A stretch of DNA of 57,760 nt from a bacterium (GTDB taxonomy: Bacteria > Krumholzibacteriota > Krumholzibacteriia > LZORAL124-64-63), in the NCBI GenBank assembly GCA_031441465.1, contig JANOEP010000025.1, forward strand, positions 1-57,760, given 5' to 3'. Position 1 is the first letter of the stretch, and each line of letters opens with the position of its first letter. This document shows positions 57,030 through 57,760 of the stretch, piece after piece. The translations under genes were made by a program, and so were the position numbers. The notes under the pieces were generated by a model. That model saw only the letters and a program-made list of their open reading frames with translations. It made no database searches and was not told where the DNA came from.

Positions 57030-57758
57030 TCACTTCCCGGCCGTCTCCTCCACCATGACCGCCCGCCGCTGCTTGAACGCTTCGTTTTCGGGGTCCTTCG
57101 CGATGGCCTTGTCGATCCAGGACAGGGCCTCGGCCGTCATCCCGCGCGCGTAGTAGACCACGGCCACGGTGTCGCAAATCTCGGGGTCTTCGCCGCTCAG
57201 TTCGGCGGCGTGCAGGGCGAGGCTCGTGGCCTCTTCGAGACCCTGCTTCTGCTCCGACAGGGACCAGGCCAGGGCGTTCAGGGTGCGGACGTCGTCGGGG
57301 TTCAGCTTCAGCAGCTCGCGGAAGGTGGCGGTCTGGCCGGGCAGGTCCCCGGCGCGGCCCTGCGCCCAGGCCGTGAAGCCGAGCGTCTCTTCGCGGTCCA
57401 CGGCGGATGGGAACTCCGCCAGCAACCTCTGCAGCGCCGCCACGGCCGCCGGGTAGTCGCGGGCCATGGCCTCCATCTCCGCCATCGCGCGCAGGGCCGG
57501 GGCGGCGTGGCCCGCGGCGTTGGCGGGATCCAGTGCGAGCGCGCGGGTCAGGGCCGTGCGGGCCGGTTCGGCTTCGCCGCGCTCGGCATACTTGGCGCCG
57601 ATCCGGCCTAGCAGCTCGGGATCGTCGGGCGTCGCGGCGAGGCGGGCCTGCAGGTCGGCCAGCGTGTTGCGGCCGGCGGCGTAGTCGACAACCGCCGCGA
57701 GGAACTCCGCAGCGGGGCGGAAGCCCAGGAAGCGGTCGATTTCCGCGCCGTCGGGTTT
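57030..57758 (-). CDS. TPR protein, probably with an N-terminal thioredoxin-like fold (5' end outside the window)
   Basis: Open frame to the window edge. KPDGAEIDRFLGFRPAAEFL resembles the end of a thioredoxin-like domain. It is followed by TPR-like repeats (LNALAWSL, DTVAVVYYARG...AIAKDPEN). Confidence 0.7.
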   Translation of the reverse strand, partial: KPDGAEIDRFLGFRPAAEFLAAVVDYAAGRNTLADLQARLAATPDDPELLGRIGAKYAERGEAEPARTALTRALALDPANAAGHAAPALRAMAEMEAMARDYPAAVAALQRLLAEFPSAVDREETLGFTAWAQGRAGDLPGQTATFRELLKLNPDDVRTLNALAWSLSEQKQGLEEATSLALHAAELSGEDPEICDTVAVVYYARGMTAEALSWIDKAIAKDPENEAFKQRRAVMVEETAGK

Positions 57759-57760
57759 GC

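Overview
High-GC chromosomal window from a diderm bacterium. The FlgD/T9SS-like C-terminal domain on a giant secreted protease and the two Omp85-like genes suggest an FCB-associated lineage such as Krumholzibacteriota or Latescibacterota (inference). It starts in the 3' end of an IS630-family element. It then holds a TolB-like lipoprotein, two S8 proteases, mntP, a GAF/PAS kinase plus REC/HD-GYP pair, a TSP3-repeat OmpA, addBA, PAP2, a DNase I-like lipoprotein, an acyl-CoA ligase and a stand-alone AAA ATPase. Further on are an hppD-fahA-hmgA-flavin reductase cluster, a flippase, Hsp20, an AbiE type IV toxin-antitoxin pair, selD, HDOD, rmuC, arsR, ispH, a DUF2892-TolC-MFP-RND operon and a YfiR-hybrid kinase-TonB receptor module. 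Main observations not in the ORF track: (1) selD has an in-frame UGA at its catalytic position followed by a SECIS-like hairpin, so it is probably a selenoprotein. (2) Four exactly spaced sigma28-type promoters (TCAAG-N14-GCCGA) precede two uncharacterised proteins, an HDOD gene and a c-di-GMP phosphodiesterase operon, with no flagellar structural genes in the window. (3) A candidate sRNA with a C-rich loop lies at about 46446-46523. (4) A shared operator-like motif links arsR to the DUF2892-RND operon. (5) The AbiE promoter looks leaderless and is covered by an inverted repeat. (6) The IS630 end lies about 50 bp upstream of a sigma54 promoter. All calls are by-eye motif recognition with no database searches.
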